This document shows positions 8,954 to 18,503 of a stretch of 58,560 bases of DNA, in pieces; position 1 is the stretch's first letter; every line of letters starts with the position of its first letter. The stretch lies in IMG/VR virus record IMGVR_UViG_3300009170_000007, positions 1-58,560 of that record, one strand, 5' to 3'. Position numbers and translations under genes: made by a program. This DNA is from a virus (taxonomy: Duplodnaviria > Caudoviricetes). Below the pieces are notes generated by a model. That model made no database searches, was not told where the DNA came from, and worked only from the letters and a program-made list of their open reading frames with translations.

Positions 8954-9882
8954 GTCGAGAAGAATACTACAGCCAGTCCAAAATCAAAACCTGGCGCCGG
9001 TGTCATGCCTCTTATGATTACCGGTATGGCCAGGGGTTGATAAGGCGAACGGCTCCAGTGGCTATGCTCAGGGGTACAGTGCTTCATGCTATGATGGAAG
9101 CCAATATTCTGGGCAAAGACCCAATGGTCCCGTTGGGAGCTTACTCTGAAGCCTATTCAAAGCTCTGGGCTGAAGAGGCTGAACAGTATCCCGCTCCGGA
9201 GGAGTTGGTCTCTATCATTCATCGGTATAATCGACATTGGACCAACGATGGGCTGACCTATGGCGATCGAGCTGAGCTTGAGGTGATGACTGAGTATCGT
9301 GGACTGAAGTTCAAAGGTATCATCGATGCTATGCCAGATGATACTCAAGGAAGACGCTGGCTCTGTGATCACAAAACCCATAAAACCCTACCAGATGAAA
9401 ACGCCAGGTTCGCTGACATCCAGACGGTCTTGTACTATTGGGCGGCTAGGGACACGGGACTTAAGGTTGACGGAATCTTGTGGGATTACCTGAGGACTAA
9501 GCCTCCAGCGATCCCTGAGCAACTGAAGGCGGGTGGACTGACCAAGCGGGCCAACATCGACACTGATCGGGCCACCTACTTGGGACGCATTAACGAGCTT
9601 GGTCTAAACCCTCAGGACTATGCTGATATTCTGGCTAAGATTGACAAGAACGTATTTTTCCAGCGAGTTTACCTACCGAAGCCAGCCGAGGAGTTAATCA
9701 TCAATGTTGTGGAGGAGTTCTTCGACACCGCACATGAGATCGAAAACAGCACCAGCAAAGCCCGTAACTTGACTTTCAACTGTTCAACCTGCACTTACTA
9801 CCCCATCTGCTCGGCTGAAGTTCGAGGTCTGGACTCCTCATACATCAGGAAGCAGTTGTATATGCTTCGGGAGACGAGATGA
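8950..9882 (+). CDS. PD-(D/E)XK exonuclease (Cas4/RecB-like)
   Basis: SQS..C, GTVLH, GIIDA, DHKT, Q...Y, C-terminal CSTC...C. Confidence 0.85.
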   Translation: MSREEYYSQSKIKTWRRCHASYDYRYGQGLIRRTAPVAMLRGTVLHAMMEANILGKDPMVPLGAYSEAYSKLWAEEAEQYPAPEELVSIIHRYNRHWTNDGLTYGDRAELEVMTEYRGLKFKGIIDAMPDDTQGRRWLCDHKTHKTLPDENARFADIQTVLYYWAARDTGLKVDGILWDYLRTKPPAIPEQLKAGGLTKRANIDTDRATYLGRINELGLNPQDYADILAKIDKNVFFQRVYLPKPAEELIINVVEEFFDTAHEIENSTSKARNLTFNCSTCTYYPICSAEVRGLDSSYIRKQLYMLRETR

Positions 9883-10346
9883 AAACCTTCTGGGACAAAG
9901 TTACAGTAAATGGCCTTGACGGATGCTGGATATGGAGAGCAGGACTAAACTCTAATGGCTATGGTATGGTTAGATTCCAAGGTAAGGTCCGTTCGGCCCA
10001 TCGGGTGTCCTATGAATTAACCCATAAACCCATCCCTTCTGGTATGGTAGTTATGCACTCTTGTGACAATAAACGTTGTGTAAATCCCAACCATTTATCC
10101 ATTGGTACGCATATGGACAATATTCAAGACATGGATAAGAAGGGTCGAGGAAACCGTGTTCGACTCCCCGGAGTCCGGAATGGGAGGGCTAAGCTTACTG
10201 AGTTGGATATTCGGAGTATCCAAGGTAGTGTGGAGTCTGGAAAAGCCTTATCAAAGAAATGGGGGATTTCCCAGACAAGAATTAGTTTAATACGTAATGG
10301 AAAAGTCTGGAGTCATCTTCCCTGCGAGAAGCTAAATAGGGTATAA
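9879..10346 (+). CDS. HNH (homing-type) endonuclease
   Basis: CWIW, GYG, AHRVSY, HSCDNKRCVNPNHL, GTHMDN; C-terminal HTH-like segment. Confidence 0.9.
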   Translation: MKTFWDKVTVNGLDGCWIWRAGLNSNGYGMVRFQGKVRSAHRVSYELTHKPIPSGMVVMHSCDNKRCVNPNHLSIGTHMDNIQDMDKKGRGNRVRLPGVRNGRAKLTELDIRSIQGSVESGKALSKKWGISQTRISLIRNGKVWSHLPCEKLNRV

Positions 10347-10414
10347 TTACCAAATCGGAATCCCCTGACCGACCTTTCGGGGGACCTATCCACCAAGTGG
10401 AAGGAGAAGTAGAA

Positions 10415-11185
10415 ATGTCGATCATCGACAAAATAGCGCCTGTAAAGGCTCTGCCCAAAGTACTGTCCATGTTGGTTTATGGACGGTCAGGAACCGGGAA
10501 AACCACCTTCGGCGGGTCTTTCCCTTCACCCATCCTGCTTATCGACATTCGTGAGAAAGGCACCGACAGCATTGCCAACATGGAAGGCATTGATGTAGTG
10601 TCCATCTCCAAGTGGTCTGAGCTGGAGGAAATTTACTGGTACGTGGAATCCTCCGACAAGTACAAGTCGGTGATTCTGGACCAGATCAGCTCAATGCAGG
10701 AATTGGCCATGGAACATGCAATGGCCGAGGAGAACAAAGATATCATGTCCCAGCGGCTATGGGGAGTGGTGTCTGGGCTGATGAAAACCTGGCTGCTGAA
10801 TTACCGCGACCTTACCGAGAAGGGAATCAATGTCTTGTTCATCGCACATGATCGTACCAGTAAAGGTGAGAGTGGTGAGGAAGAAGACGTCATTGATCCG
10901 CAAGTAGGTCCTCGCCTAATGCCCAGTGTAGCGGGTATGTTGAATGGGGCGGTGAAGGCTATCGGGAATACGTTTGTCCGCGAGGTGTTCCTGGAAGATA
11001 AGACCAGGAAGGTAGAGTACTGCATGCGGCTTGGTCCCCATGCTTATTACACCACGAAGCTTCGCAACCCCATGGGGACTGACTGTCCCGAGTCAATCAT
11101 CAACCCCACCGCAGCCCAGATCATGGCTCTCATGGTTGAAGGCGAAAAGAAACCCGTTCGCAAGATCATTTCAAAGGAGAAGTAA
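10415..11185 (+). CDS. Sak4-like/AAA_24 ssDNA-annealing ATPase
   Basis: YGRSGTGKTT Walker A, VILDQIS Walker B, FIAH; between exonuclease and SSB. Confidence 0.85.
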   Translation: MSIIDKIAPVKALPKVLSMLVYGRSGTGKTTFGGSFPSPILLIDIREKGTDSIANMEGIDVVSISKWSELEEIYWYVESSDKYKSVILDQISSMQELAMEHAMAEENKDIMSQRLWGVVSGLMKTWLLNYRDLTEKGINVLFIAHDRTSKGESGEEEDVIDPQVGPRLMPSVAGMLNGAVKAIGNTFVREVFLEDKTRKVEYCMRLGPHAYYTTKLRNPMGTDCPESIINPTAAQIMALMVEGEKKPVRKIISKEK

Positions 11186-11188
11186 ATC

Positions 11189-11767
11189 ATGGCAACTACT
11201 GCTCGTAAGCGCGCTGACATCACTGTAGACTTCACCGGAGTTGAAGGTGGGGGTGGTGGACGGCTAGTTCCCGAGGGAGAGCATGTCCTCGAAGTCGTCG
11301 AAGTCGTCGAAAAGATGTCCCGCGACGACAACCCCTACTTGGGTTGGAAGTGGAAGGTTCACTCGGGTGACTACAAGGGTTCCGTGGTGTATGACAACAC
11401 CTCCCTTCAACCTCAGGCCCTTTGGCGTCTGAAGGGTTTGCTGGAGGCCATGGAAGTGGATGTGGCTGATGGAAAGCAGGGTCTCAATTTCGGAGAACTG
11501 AAGGGAAGAACCTGCCGTGTTGAAATCGCCCACGAAACTTACCAGGGGAAAGATAAGGCCCGTATCTCGGCATTCATCCTTCCGGAAATCCAGTCCTCTT
11601 CAGCTGAGCTGTACAAGAAGGGTGATAAGGTTACCTTCAGCAATGATGGGATCGACCTGGAAGGAGTGGTCATCAGTTGTACCAAGGGGAAAGTCGTCTT
11701 GAAGTTGACCGTCGATGGTGCGGAGGAGGAGTGGGAGTTGGACGCTGATGAACTGATCCCGTTCTAA
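11189..11767 (+). CDS. DUF669-like ssDNA-binding protein with extra C-terminal SH3-like domain
   Basis: VPEGEH, ALWRLKGLLEA, HETYQGK; acidic end with terminal IPF. Confidence 0.75.
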   Translation: MATTARKRADITVDFTGVEGGGGGRLVPEGEHVLEVVEVVEKMSRDDNPYLGWKWKVHSGDYKGSVVYDNTSLQPQALWRLKGLLEAMEVDVADGKQGLNFGELKGRTCRVEIAHETYQGKDKARISAFILPEIQSSSAELYKKGDKVTFSNDGIDLEGVVISCTKGKVVLKLTVDGAEEEWELDADELIPF

Positions 11768-11782
11768 ATTCCCCTGGACTAA

Positions 11783-11810
11783 TGGAAAGGCCCTTTCGGG
11801 GGCTTTTCCA
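11783..11810 (+). terminator. Stem-loop, probable terminator
   Basis: TGGAAAGGCCCT-TTCG-GGGGCTTTTCCA hairpin right after SSB stop. Confidence 0.6.
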
Positions 11811-11811
11811 G

Positions 11812-11832
11812 CTTATAATGGGTATGTCACTA
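11812..11832 (+). promoter_or_regulatory. Promoter element, identical 21-mer also at 57817..57837
   Basis: CTTATAATGGGTATGTCACTA with TATAAT, upstream of RBS. Confidence 0.65.
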
Positions 11833-11848
11833 TTCAGGAGTTCATCAA

Positions 11849-12319
11849 ATGAGCGACTACAAAATCTTCACCGACCACAACCGTCACACCTATCTGCAGT
11901 ACAGGGACAACGGGAAAACCCGGAACTATATCTCTATGGTCGATGGAACTATCGACTGCATACAGCTATCCAAGACTGATTTCATCCGACTGAAGCCTTA
12001 CATCAAATCTACCACAGAACACTTTGCTAAAACCTACCTTAACAGCCACTTGACTATTTCCCGAGCGGCCAGAGCCGTTTTACGTGGGGTTTTAGGGGAT
12101 TCCGGAGCCGAAAATGAGGCCAGTGGAGACCCGCGTTTTAGCGGGGGTACAGTGGGAATACAGGAAATTGCGCTAGAAAATAACTGGGAGCCCTCCCACT
12201 GCCGAAGGTTCCTCAGAAAGACCCTGGATAAGCCCGGGGGTCGATGGGTATTTAGCCCGGAAGAAGCTCAGAGGATAACCGAGATGCTTAAGGAGTACTT
12301 TACTCGTGAGTCAGTTTGA
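11849..12319 (+). CDS. Hypothetical protein with C-terminal HTH-like domain
   Basis: AGGAG RBS; C-terminus (IQEIALE..RRFLRK..GRWVF) resembles 13661 and 51773 proteins. Confidence 0.7.
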   Translation: MSDYKIFTDHNRHTYLQYRDNGKTRNYISMVDGTIDCIQLSKTDFIRLKPYIKSTTEHFAKTYLNSHLTISRAARAVLRGVLGDSGAENEASGDPRFSGGTVGIQEIALENNWEPSHCRRFLRKTLDKPGGRWVFSPEEAQRITEMLKEYFTRESV

Positions 12320-13568
12320 ACTAAGGCCTTACCAGGAGGAGGCTGTACAGTCTGCCCTTCACCATGAGGGCTATGGGTTGTTGATGGAGCAGCGAACAGG
12401 AAAGACCTACGTCTCTCTTGAGCTGAGTCGACGGTGGGGTTGTACTGATGTTCTAATCATCTGTCCCAAGAAAGGTATCCCCGTCTGGACTGAAGCCATC
12501 AAGCTAATGGGGCTCAATCCAGCATATTACACCATCATTAACTTTGAGCGATTTATGCTCAACCCCGGAGATTACCTCTATAGTCGGGACTTAACTATAG
12601 TCGATGAGAGTCATCGCATTAAGGAACGCAGTAGCAAGGTTACTCAGGCATGTTGGAGACTTGGCCGTATAAGCCGCAAACGTCTGATCCTGACAGGTAC
12701 CCCACAGGGGCAGGGGATGGAGGACTATTACGCTCAATTACGGTTCATTAGGCCCGATCTTTTCCCCAACTGGAAAGCGTTTTCGGGACGATACCTGATC
12801 ATCAAACAAGTTAGAATCCCTGGAAGGGAAGAAGATCCGTTCCCTAAGATTACCGGATACAAGAACCAGGAAGAGTTTAAGCAAATACTTAAGTCATTAT
12901 CATATCGGGTTCTTCGAGATGAAGTCTCAACCGTAAAGACCCTGGTTAGAAGGAAGATTTACAAGATTCAGCCCTCCCCTGAGTTCTTGGTGGACTATGA
13001 GCAAATGAGGGATAGGCTTTACTTAGAACTGCAAGATGCATTAGCTACGGCTGCGATGCCCATGACCCAGATGATGAAGCTCCATCAGTTATGCGGCGGT
13101 TTTATCAAGGACGACACGCGAGTCACTCATGCCACTTCTCAGGATAAACTCTCTTTCCTGTGGAATCTGGTCGATACTGAGCTTAAGGGTAAGACCTATG
13201 CTATCGTGGCTAACTTCAAAGCTGAAATGGATGCAATCTCAGTCGGACTCACTGAGCGAGGAATATCCCATGTACAGATCCGTGGGAAGCATCAGTATGA
13301 TCCTGATGACCGAAGTCAAGTAACCATCTTGAATCCATCAGCGGGAGAGAGCATTAACCTGGCCCACCACAATGAGATGGTAATCTTCTCTATGAACTAT
13401 TCGTTCTTGAAATGGAAACAGTTCTTGGATCGAATTGTGGTGGTAGATACCACAGAAGTCAGATACCATTACCTACTAATGAAAGGGACGGCCGATGAAG
13501 TAATTTACACCGCAGTAATCAACAAGAGAAGATTGAGCGATTCGGTGATGGAAATTTTCAAAATTTAG
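12306..13568 (+). CDS. SNF2-like SF2 helicase
   Basis: LRPYQ, EQRTGKT, VDESH, LTGTP, GESINL. Confidence 0.9.
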   Translation: MSQFELRPYQEEAVQSALHHEGYGLLMEQRTGKTYVSLELSRRWGCTDVLIICPKKGIPVWTEAIKLMGLNPAYYTIINFERFMLNPGDYLYSRDLTIVDESHRIKERSSKVTQACWRLGRISRKRLILTGTPQGQGMEDYYAQLRFIRPDLFPNWKAFSGRYLIIKQVRIPGREEDPFPKITGYKNQEEFKQILKSLSYRVLRDEVSTVKTLVRRKIYKIQPSPEFLVDYEQMRDRLYLELQDALATAAMPMTQMMKLHQLCGGFIKDDTRVTHATSQDKLSFLWNLVDTELKGKTYAIVANFKAEMDAISVGLTERGISHVQIRGKHQYDPDDRSQVTILNPSAGESINLAHHNEMVIFSMNYSFLKWKQFLDRIVVVDTTEVRYHYLLMKGTADEVIYTAVINKRRLSDSVMEIFKI

Positions 13569-13580
13569 TTCATCGAGACA

Positions 13581-13609
13581 TTTACATTTTTGCTTACCTG
13601 ACATATAAT
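13581..13609 (+). promoter_or_regulatory. Sigma70-type promoter
   Basis: TTTACA-17 nt-TATAAT upstream of AAGGAG RBS of 13661. Confidence 0.7.
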
Positions 13610-13660
13610 GATTTTACTGGATCCAAACCCAGACTTTTTAATTTCTGAAGGAGAAATATC

Positions 13661-13906
13661 ATGACCAAGACTCAAACCGACGAATCCGTTGCAGAAGCCA
13701 CCACCATCACTCTTGCTGAGATCTGCGCCGAGATGGGCATCAAGACCACTGGTGCTCGGGTGAAGCTGCGCAAGAAGATGGCCGGCGAGCGCGAAGGCAA
13801 TGCCCGCTGGACTTTCCCTCTCGATCAGAAGGACGAGATCATCGCCCTTCTCACTCCGACGCCGAAGACTGAAGCTGTCGAAGAAGACGAAGAAGCTGCT
13901 GAGTAA
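13661..13906 (+). CDS. Small HTH-like DNA-binding protein with acidic tail
   Basis: TLAEIC..ARVKLRK..RWTF; own promoter and terminator; strong RBS. Confidence 0.75.
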   Translation: MTKTQTDESVAEATTITLAEICAEMGIKTTGARVKLRKKMAGEREGNARWTFPLDQKDEIIALLTPTPKTEAVEEDEEAAE

Positions 13907-13922
13907 TCTATCCGATTATCCA

Positions 13923-13962
13923 GGAAAAAGGAGGAGGGAGGGTCACAAGCTCTCCCTTTTTC
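13923..13962 (+). terminator. Probable intrinsic terminator
   Basis: AGGGAGGG/CTCTCCCT stem followed by T-run. Confidence 0.55.
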
Positions 13963-13963
13963 T

Positions 13964-14350
13964 ATGAATCCAGAAACCTCAGCCTCTCGAAAGTTCAGGA
14001 AGAAGTTACCCCTTGGATGTCATCAAGTTAGGGTAGAGAATCCGGCTGGACCAGGAACCCCGGACTTAAACTGTTGCTTAAACGGTAAAGAGTTCTGGAT
14101 CGAGTTTAAGCAAGTAAAGACCCTACCTAAGCGGGCCGCCACTCCGGTATTCACTAATTGCCTTGAGCCACACCAAGCTTTATGGGCCATGCTTAGGACT
14201 CGAGCTGGTGGTAGAGTTTACGTCGTGGGGTACGTGGAAGAGTCCGATGAGTTCTTTATCATCCCCGGAAAACTAGCCTCAGAGTTTAATTCCATGACTT
14301 TAAGCCAACTCAAAGAGCTAACCGTAACTATCGAGCAAATCCTAGAGTAA
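13964..14350 (+). CDS. VRR-NUC/Holliday-junction-resolvase-like PD-(D/E)XK nuclease
   Basis: RVEN...GTPDLNC...FWIEFK...HQ..W...GG. Confidence 0.8.
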   Translation: MNPETSASRKFRKKLPLGCHQVRVENPAGPGTPDLNCCLNGKEFWIEFKQVKTLPKRAATPVFTNCLEPHQALWAMLRTRAGGRVYVVGYVEESDEFFIIPGKLASEFNSMTLSQLKELTVTIEQILE

Positions 14351-14412
14351 GCTCATGTCTTTACTACTTGAAAATTCCACGCATCGCTACTTGGACTTTT
14401 ACCACACCCACA

Positions 14413-16215
14413 TTAAGGGCGTGGTTTCAAACCGAGAACCCTCTTGGTTCCGGACTCCAGGGGTTGCTGAACCCCCTGTGATGCTCCCCAAACCAGCCTT
14501 CCGGCCGGACTCCCCTCCAAGACGTCTTTGGCGAAGTATAGTCTCTTGGCTCCTTCGGACCCCAAAAGGGACCTAGTTCCTGGGATGTGGGCTAAGGCCG
14601 CCCGAACCCCCTGGAAGGGACTCCCAGCTACTACTCCAGCCATAGCCGTCAATGGTCCCATAGGGGGAGTAGGAAGTTGACCCGTGGTCAAATGCCGACT
14701 TACGTCAGGAAGAGTATTGAGTGTGCTGAACAGATCCTGACCTGTCGTAGACATGTAAGGATAAATGTCTTGGAGGTTTTGGGTGTGACGATTGACATCC
14801 GAGTATAGCTGAGCCGGGTCAGTGTAAGCTCTTGGAGTAGCCCCATACACCCCTTGGTTAGAGCGTTGATAAACCTTATTGTTGACTGTCCCTGGAACCA
14901 CCTTATCCCGCCAAAAGCTCTTGGCATCAGACAGGAGGGACTGAGCTGACTTGTCTTTTACTGCCCAGGCGTCTACGTCAGCCGACAAGTTGGAATACAG
15001 GTTACGAAGCTCGGTTCGGGCTTTCCGGTCGCCCATGGATGACCCTGGAACAGCGGCATCTTTTTCGGCCCTACGCAGGGCGGTTCCTACGGCTGTCTGA
15101 AGCTTATGAAGCTCATCAAAAGACAGTAAAGTTTTAGGGCTTTGAAGAGCCATAAGTCTTTTAGCTGAATCCGGATCAAACTCGTCGATTCGCTGATAGA
15201 TAGGATTTTTCTCTAGTACCGAAACTCCCCTTTTGTTGACTGGAGTCAACTGAGCCACTACTCGAGAGACCGTAGGGGCAGTATTCAAGAGCTTTACTCC
15301 AGGAAGCCCGGCATTAAGGACATGGTTATCCAGTTCTTGCCACAACTGGCTCCCTCGAGTCTCTAGAGCTTTTCCACCCTCAACAATAGCTTCCCTGAGC
15401 TTTTCACCCTCTAGAAGACGAGGCTCAAAAGATTTCCCGGTCTTAGAAGGAATGTCCTTAATGTCTTGAGCCGCCCGAGTAAAGGCTAGACTCTGGTCTT
15501 TTACAATTCCTGGATATCCCGGGAGGTTACGCTCGAGAGCTGAAGTGGTAGAGGATGGGTCCAGGTCCCCAATTTTCCGGTCTATCCCCAACCTATTAGC
15601 CGCCGAATTGAGCCGCATGGCGGACTCTCCCTCTGGGGAGTATTGACGACCGACAGCTCCAGCACCCTTGCCCGCTAGTTGAATCATACTTCCTGTCAAG
15701 GCCGTGGTACCTGCGGCGGCGCCCGAGTTTACTAGCCGCTCTAAGGTTTCAGGACCCTGAATGGGGCCAGCCGTGGGACGCACAGCCGCTCCAGCGCCAG
15801 CTAGCAGCACCTGGGGAAGCACCTTAGCGCCACCCAATGCCGACGTAATGACATCTGAGCCCAGCCCTCCAGCACCCGCCTCCCAGTTACTGAGCAGGGC
15901 CTTGTCGATGCTCGACTGATCGCTTTTCTCTTGGTTATATTCCTTGATCCGTTCGGGTGTCCCGAACATCCCAATCCCAATCTCCTTAAGTCCTCGGGGG
16001 ATTCCCATCATCCTTTGACCCATTCCAGCGGCAAATAGCTCAGGGCCTGACATTCCCTGAGTGTTGTCTACTGAAGCTGGTTTGGACTGAGCCTCTTTAT
16101 TGGCTTGAATTGCCATACTCAGTGGATGACTCTTAAGGTAAGCGTTCAATTCCTCATCGGAAGCCGAGCTGGCATATGCCGCTACTTCTTCCGGGGTCAT
16201 ATTGTCAAGTTTCAT
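14413..16215 (-). CDS. Putative ejection (internal virion) protein
   Basis: Last gene of structural operon; Ala/Gly-rich hydrophobic stretches plus helical body; typical podovirus position. Confidence 0.65.
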   Translation of the reverse strand: MKLDNMTPEEVAAYASSASDEELNAYLKSHPLSMAIQANKEAQSKPASVDNTQGMSGPELFAAGMGQRMMGIPRGLKEIGIGMFGTPERIKEYNQEKSDQSSIDKALLSNWEAGAGGLGSDVITSALGGAKVLPQVLLAGAGAAVRPTAGPIQGPETLERLVNSGAAAGTTALTGSMIQLAGKGAGAVGRQYSPEGESAMRLNSAANRLGIDRKIGDLDPSSTTSALERNLPGYPGIVKDQSLAFTRAAQDIKDIPSKTGKSFEPRLLEGEKLREAIVEGGKALETRGSQLWQELDNHVLNAGLPGVKLLNTAPTVSRVVAQLTPVNKRGVSVLEKNPIYQRIDEFDPDSAKRLMALQSPKTLLSFDELHKLQTAVGTALRRAEKDAAVPGSSMGDRKARTELRNLYSNLSADVDAWAVKDKSAQSLLSDAKSFWRDKVVPGTVNNKVYQRSNQGVYGATPRAYTDPAQLYSDVNRHTQNLQDIYPYMSTTGQDLFSTLNTLPDVSRHLTTGQLPTPPMGPLTAMAGVVAGSPFQGVRAALAHIPGTRSLLGSEGAKRLYFAKDVLEGSPAGRLVWGASQGVQQPLESGTKRVLGLKPRP

Positions 16216-17774
16216 TTCTTTCCACCGTACCTAAGCATTAGCTGGTCATGGGCATGTTGTAGCTTGAGCATCTCTTCCCTCATCACTCGGTCTTTGCGTT
16301 GATACCAGTTGGGGGACAGCTGATTCTTGTTAGCCGCGGCCATCTTATGGGCCTCTTCGGCCAACCGCATATTGGACCTAGCCACTAAGATCATGTACTC
16401 AGTCAAAGACTTCCTACCCTCACTGGTCAATCCCAGGGTTGGAGCCATGTTCATCAACAACCGCTCTTCAAAGGTAGTCATCGAACCCGGCATCAGGTTA
16501 TCACCGTTGGCAGTTCGTTGAGCCAGTGAGAGGTTTGTGGCAATAGCCGTAGCCAGATCAGCCGGCCCGATCGAGGGGTCTACATTGATTCCCAGAGACT
16601 TGGCCCCAGATTGGATTTGATGAATGATTGGAGCTAATGCACCCTCAGGGATATTGGGATCTTCGTAGATCTTCCTCAGGAGGGTAAGTTGATTCAAGAG
16701 CCTGGCTTGATTAGTGTGTAGCTGACCCAGGGACTCATATTCCTTGAATAGTCCCTTACCTTCAGATTCACCATACCCTTTGTTTTGCTCTTCCACACGC
16801 TTGTCTTTATACTCCAGAGTAGCCGGAGGGGTTTTGGGAGCACCTAACGATCTCATCTCTTGCTTGAGTAAAGCTTGATTTCTGAGGGCTTGCTGATACT
16901 CAGGATGAGTGATATCATTCTTGTATCGCTGAATGATCTCATTTTCTTTGTCCCATTCCTGACCCAAGATCATCTGCCGATCAGATTCTGGAGAACGGGC
17001 ATCGGGGAATCCCGCCGTTGCTCCAGACTTGGAGTTATTTGGGGAAGTCGAGACGGGCTCAACTCCAGGGGTAATCGGACCCTGAACTCCAGCCGGGCGA
17101 GTGGGCTTCTGGACGGTATCAACGGTGACTATTCCACCGGGAACACCCCTTAGGGCCTGATTAGCCATATTCGTGGCATAACCCTCAGGGTCTTTCATCG
17201 TTTCAGCTACGGCTTTTTCGAATGCCAACTTATAGGCATCACCCCAAAGCTTGGTGTGGGTAGCGGGGATCATCTCTCGCTGGCCCGTAGCTTTATTCAT
17301 GATGTACAGGTTTCCATTGTCATCTTTGAACTGAATGAATGAACCGGCACTACCGCCTCTGCCCGCGAGCATTGACAAGCCCCGTACGTTCATCAAGTCC
17401 AGCTTGTCCAGGTCTTTTTCATCCTCATAACCCAGTTTGGCAGCAGCGAGCTCCCCGGCTTGTTTCAACTTAGCTTGCTCGCCAAGCATCGCCCCTCCCT
17501 GAGCAATGCCTTTCAGAGCAGCATAGCCCGTCGGAGTCCCTGGACCGAAGTTTCCGATCATGGAATACAGGCTGTGAAGCGTCGGGGTGTAGTCCTCACC
17601 CATCGCCGGTTGACGAAGACGGTTCTGGTACTCACCGAGGGCATCAGCACGGGACATTGCTTGACGTTGCTCTTGCTCTTGCGAGGGGATGCGCGACATG
17701 AGCAACTGTTGCAATGCACCTGTCACATCACGACTTTGTGCTGCTTGAGGAAGAGTCATCGGAACGTCAGACAT
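16212..17774 (-). CDS. Putative ejection protein
   Basis: Helical, Gln/Ala-rich; PGSMTTFEERLL..MAPTL motif; position. Confidence 0.65.
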   Translation of the reverse strand: MSDVPMTLPQAAQSRDVTGALQQLLMSRIPSQEQEQRQAMSRADALGEYQNRLRQPAMGEDYTPTLHSLYSMIGNFGPGTPTGYAALKGIAQGGAMLGEQAKLKQAGELAAAKLGYEDEKDLDKLDLMNVRGLSMLAGRGGSAGSFIQFKDDNGNLYIMNKATGQREMIPATHTKLWGDAYKLAFEKAVAETMKDPEGYATNMANQALRGVPGGIVTVDTVQKPTRPAGVQGPITPGVEPVSTSPNNSKSGATAGFPDARSPESDRQMILGQEWDKENEIIQRYKNDITHPEYQQALRNQALLKQEMRSLGAPKTPPATLEYKDKRVEEQNKGYGESEGKGLFKEYESLGQLHTNQARLLNQLTLLRKIYEDPNIPEGALAPIIHQIQSGAKSLGINVDPSIGPADLATAIATNLSLAQRTANGDNLMPGSMTTFEERLLMNMAPTLGLTSEGRKSLTEYMILVARSNMRLAEEAHKMAAANKNQLSPNWYQRKDRVMREEMLKLQHAHDQLMLRYGGKK

Positions 17775-17783
17775 ATTGATTCC

Positions 17784-18503
17784 TTACTCGTTAAAGTTGA
17801 TTCCGGCCCAGTTCAACAGGTTGTTGATCGTGCCGTCGTTGAGACCGGAATTCAAGACCCCTAGTGCACCGGACAGTTGTTCCATGGTGCTTGGGCCGGC
17901 CGACGAAGACGAGATCGACTGAGCTTGACCAGGACGCATACCCGCGTAGATCTGACCCACTTGACCCAAAGCACTGAGCGGGTAATTCGCTTGCTGAAGC
18001 CAGTTAGTGAAGTCCTGTTGACCGGCTTGCGTACCCATCTGTGTCCAGTCTTTGTACTGGTTGCCAGCGGCTTGTTGAGCGTTGAACAGAGTCTGCCCTT
18101 GCTGCCCCATCAGGTTCTGTTGTTGGTCAGAGATAGCACGATTAGTGAAGTCCGCATTGCGGGTAGAACCAAACTGACCTGCACCAGCAAACGTGCTGTT
18201 GACTCCAGGAAGGATGTTCTGGAACAGGTTTTGATTTGACAGGCGGGCTTGCTCATTCACCACGTTGTTGATGTACGGGTTCATGAACTGCTGTTGATTG
18301 TTAGCGTTCCACTGGGAATACTGACCCAAGGCTCCCTCGTTCGGGGCGGCATTGTACCAGTTGTTCATCGTGTCATTGATGAACCCAGTATCACCCATGA
18401 TGTCCTGCAATCCACCCGCAAGCGATTGGCCCGTCTGGGTGTAGTACGCCGGTTGCGTGTAGTCTACGGTAGTACCGGCTTGAGGAGTTCCAATATCAGC
18501 CAT
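17784..18503 (-). CDS. Putative ejection protein (Gln/Asn-rich)
   Basis: QFMNPY..NVV and AGQFGSTR motifs typical of podovirus pilot proteins. Confidence 0.7.
   Translation of the reverse strand: MADIGTPQAGTTVDYTQPAYYTQTGQSLAGGLQDIMGDTGFINDTMNNWYNAAPNEGALGQYSQWNANNQQQFMNPYINNVVNEQARLSNQNLFQNILPGVNSTFAGAGQFGSTRNADFTNRAISDQQQNLMGQQGQTLFNAQQAAGNQYKDWTQMGTQAGQQDFTNWLQQANYPLSALGQVGQIYAGMRPGQAQSISSSSAGPSTMEQLSGALGVLNSGLNDGTINNLLNWAGINFNE

Noticed and set aside
8950-9882. Cas4 as part of a CRISPR system
   Set aside because: Context (Sak4, SSB) indicates a phage recombination exonuclease
14355-14576. 73-aa plus-strand ORF after the resolvase
   Set aside because: Mostly antisense to the 14413..16215 gene; no RBS or motif
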